Source: Aplysia californica (Eukaryota). Taken from it: a DNA stretch of 64,000 bases. Below the pieces are notes generated by a model. That model was not told where the DNA came from and did no database searches. It saw only the letters and a list, made by a program, of their open reading frames with translations. The stretch lies in contig NW_004797290.1 of NCBI RefSeq assembly GCF_000002075.1, forward strand, positions 1,472,743 through 1,536,742. Reading direction: 5' to 3'. Positions within the stretch are counted from its first letter, which is position 1. Each line of letters starts with the position of its first letter. The position numbers and the translations under genes were made by a program. Of this stretch, positions 60,317-64,000 are shown one piece after another.

Positions 60317-62922
60317 TGTCTGTTTTTGTGTGGGCGTATGTGTGTGGAGGGGAGGGGGGGGGGAGGAAGCAAACGACACACCTTAACAAAGACAAGGAAA
60401 GAAAAGACTAGACAACTCTTTGTTTTTAATTCTATGAGAGGCACAGACCCTGGTTCCTATAAATTAACCAATATACCATTGACAACAGTCTGAAGGAATA
60501 AAATATAAAAAATACTATTTAGAATAAGAAAAGGCTGAATTTACGTAAAAAGAACCAAAGAGAACCAAAATGTATTTTTTTAAAGTATAGATGATATGGA
60601 AAAAAGTGTGTCAAGTACTAAGACTTGTTAAAAAGGTACACACGCGGCAATCAAGCACATGACCCGCAAAGTGTTAGCAGTCAAGGCCACTTCACGTGAC
60701 AATACAGAGAGCCGATTACTAAGTAGGGGGAGTGACCAACAAATACAATACAGCAGCTTCACGATAACACTGGCTGATTAGCATTGCTAAATCCTGGGGG
60801 TATTTTCCGCGGGCGAAAAATCTCCCTGAAGTGGAAATTTGACAGGTATCAAAGAGGGGCCTTACTTTTTGCCCTTGACACAAAGCTCACGTGAGGAAGA
60901 TTGTGTATCAATGAAGGGCCAGCAATGTTCACTAAATCAGTTATGTCTTCATCGCAATCACCCATCCAGGAATGATAGCTCGACAACCGCACTCATCCTT
61001 TTGGCCTTTGTACATGAGACGCTCTTTTTTAAAAAAGTAATATATTTATTATGTTGGGTCGGTAGGACACAGGCTTAAACATGATTATCTTAAGGAAGAA
61101 AGGAAAGGGCACTTGTTTGATTGACGAGGAGGTGGGGATGATTGAAGATAGGGGAGAAAATATAATCTTCGTACACTTGCGATGACAGCTAATGAGAAAC
61201 GTACGGCAGTTGGGTGTTGCCATCATCCACCCCTCCCCTCTTTTTTTCGGGGGTTAAAAATAATTTTAAAGTTTTCTGTAATATGCAACCAGTTCGGGCA
61301 GTAACAGTTTGTTTGTGGCATTCACCAAAAAAAGAAATTTTAAAATGAACAATACATGATGATGATGATGAAGATCACTGTGGTGAGACTGAAAGACGAA
61401 GAGAGAGACCCACGTGCAGTTAGATACACAATATCGATTGGAAGATTTAAACAAGATACGTATATGGACAGAAAGATAAGTAGATTGACATTACAGTGTC
61501 AGGTGATCATCGGGCCTCACAGCAAAGAGTGAATCAAAACACTTCACACACGCGTGACGTCACACAAGGGAGGCAGGTGGTGGGAAGGACGGATGGGAAG
61601 GACGGATGTGCAGGGGACAAGAGTCCAAAGGTGTTCTCTTCACGAGAAATACAATCACATATACAACAAAATGAAACACAAACGCAGATGTTGTATCTTA
61701 TAGTGCAACCAACCAATTTTTTTTTTTAAGTTTGAGTAAAAGGTTTCCATATACAATTACACACACTGCAAAATGAAACAAAAACACTGACCTTGCGTTT
61801 TATTAGAAAAACATGATTTTTTAAAAAGTTTTACTTGCGACACAAATAGGACAAATATACGTTCCGTCGCTCATTCCATAACTCGTATCAACCTCTTGTA
61901 CGCCATAAGCAGAGACGAGGGTTCACACACAAAGGGCAATTTCAATAGCGTGTGATAAACGAAACCTGAGGCAGCAAGCACCCGAAAAGAAGTAGAAAAG
62001 GTTGAATAATTTTTTGTAGGAATTTTAGGGCACTTTCAACAAAAACATGTCACGAGTGTCGAAGAGTAGAGGAACCACTCTAGAGTAACAACTTTTTTTT
62101 TCAGGAATAAAGGAGCAAAACACACCAGAGTACCCGCCAACTACGCACAGTTGCACGGTTACTACCCCCCCCCCCCCAAAGAAAAAGAGGGAATTATTTT
62201 TTTTAAAAATAAATTTAAAATGGCATCTAGCAGACTATTGATTATTAGGAGGACAAACCCAATAGAAACCACAAGAAAACAAGCAGTTTACGTTTGCTGT
62301 GTTGGCAGAACAACACACATCTACTCATGAGTAGCCCCATACAAGTTTTAAAGCAAACGCGTTTATACTTGTCATTGAAATTGTTCCAGTGATTTGAACG
62401 AGCAACTTTGAACAACACAGCAGACTGCGCAAGCTGACGAGACGAGGCCATTTTTTATGACACCAAGTCTGAAACAGCCAAAATATCTAAATACCGGTCC
62501 ATGAAAAAATCGATTGCATTGTAGTAAAGTCAGCAGGAAGCTCATAAACACAATGATTAGATCTACCACTGTGTCAGAGTACAGGCGAACAAAGGGGCAG
62601 ACAAAACACTTGACGTCAGAAAAAAAGAGAAAAACTATTCGTCCGTAACGGTCTACGAAACAGAAAGGAGAGGCTATGACAAAAAGATATAAAGGCAAAA
62701 ACACATTAATTAATTTAATGATTAATTCAACAGCATGAAAGAATTCCGCACCAGTACTAACTATTCACACAAGTATTACAGAACATTGGAAAAACGGAAC
62801 GTATCATTATTAATTTTTTGTACCATTTTTATGACAAATTATTTCGACGTATAACTATACGACTTTGCACAGCGCACAAGAACCATAAAAGGTTCATCTT
62901 ATGCGCTCGCTTGACGAAAAAC

Positions 62923-63392
62923 NNNNNNNNNNNNNNNNNNNNNNNNNNNNNNNNNNNNNNNNNNNNNNNNNNNNNNNNNNNNNNNNNNNNNNNNNNNNNN
63001 NNNNNNNNNNNNNNNNNNNNNNNNNNNNNNNNNNNNNNNNNNNNNNNNNNNNNNNNNNNNNNNNNNNNNNNNNNNNNNNNNNNNNNNNNNNNNNNNNNNN
63101 NNNNNNNNNNNNNNNNNNNNNNNNNNNNNNNNNNNNNNNNNNNNNNNNNNNNNNNNNNNNNNNNNNNNNNNNNNNNNNNNNNNNNNNNNNNNNNNNNNNN
63201 NNNNNNNNNNNNNNNNNNNNNNNNNNNNNNNNNNNNNNNNNNNNNNNNNNNNNNNNNNNNNNNNNNNNNNNNNNNNNNNNNNNNNNNNNNNNNNNNNNNN
63301 NNNNNNNNNNNNNNNNNNNNNNNNNNNNNNNNNNNNNNNNNNNNNNNNNNNNNNNNNNNNNNNNNNNNNNNNNNNNNNNNNNNNNNNNNNNN
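62923..63392. other. Assembly gap (470 N)
   Basis: Run of N. Confidence 1.
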
Positions 63393-63424
63393 TATATATA
63401 TATATATATATACACATGTATATT

Positions 63425-63575
63425 ATATATGCAGGAGTGCATACAACCATCACAGCAACATAGACGGTGTGCATATAAAGTTAGTGTGTGCGGAAGTGCA
63501 AACATCACAGCAACATAATAAACGGTGTGCATATGAATATATAGTTTGTGCGGAAGTGCATACCCAACAGCAATC
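63425..63575. repeat. Degenerate ~60-bp tandem repeat next to the gap
   Basis: tgcggaagtgca.ac...acagcaac....acggtgtgcatat recurs about 2.5 times. Confidence 0.6.
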
Positions 63576-64000
63576 TCACATCAAACACAATTCACATTAC
63601 GCCAGAACCTGCCTAATACGACCACCTTTTTTTCTGGAGATAATAATGGTCTTCTTAGACAAAGGTTGTCCTTTTCGGACAGTGTCATAATTTCAAAAAC
63701 GCAAAACGGGGGGTGGGTGGTGGGGGTAGAATGGTTATTTGTAAAGGTGATTGTACTGGACAGGCGTTTGTTAGAGCAGACTCGACTGTATAACAGAGTT
63801 TTAAAACAGCAGAACCAACAAAGTCTGCCGCGTTCAAAACCAGACCTTGATATCAAACAGAACCAATTACAAAGTTTACAGTACAGTCTTGCAGAATCAG
63901 TTTTAATTTGTCTACCTGTATAAACTATTACTTCTTGAAATTTTTTTCTGCGAAAAAAAAGTAATATACATGTATTCAAAATAATTATTTTTATATATCT

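Noticed and set aside
60383-60488. Possible - strand exon(s) upstream of A15 (EPGSVPLIELKTK...)
   Set aside because: No granulin or signal-peptide character, and the splice sites are ambiguous. Insufficient support.
62818-63690. Long ORFs spanning X runs (also 56142-56426)
   Set aside because: Artefacts of translating through N gaps.

Overview
AT-rich animal genomic DNA, probably an invertebrate (a mollusc is my low-confidence guess), with two scaffold gaps (56218-56420, 62923-63392). It holds two convergent spliced genes. (1) On the + strand (~313-19304) is a BLNK/SLP-76-family adaptor with proline-rich exons, an acidic tyrosine-motif exon and a C-terminal SH2 domain split over three phase-0 exons. 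(2) On the - strand (~59851 down to ~32850) is a greatly expanded progranulin gene. It has 15 N-half and 14 C-half granulin exons, all phase 0, giving at least 14 and probably 15 or more 12-Cys modules. The central modules are near-identical and are arranged as a mosaic higher-order tandem array of intron types (PXQY-PY-PXQY-PY-PX-PXQY-P). The gene ends in a decayed granulin exon with stop codons. The rest is intronic or intergenic and rich in non-autonomous transposons: a 5.45-kb element with a 9-bp target-site duplication (TSD) whose left end is amplified in tandem, several TA-flanked MITEs, an L2-type LINE 3' fragment, tRNA-headed SINE relics and minisatellites. Most ORFs in the supplied track are spurious. 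No database searches were run.
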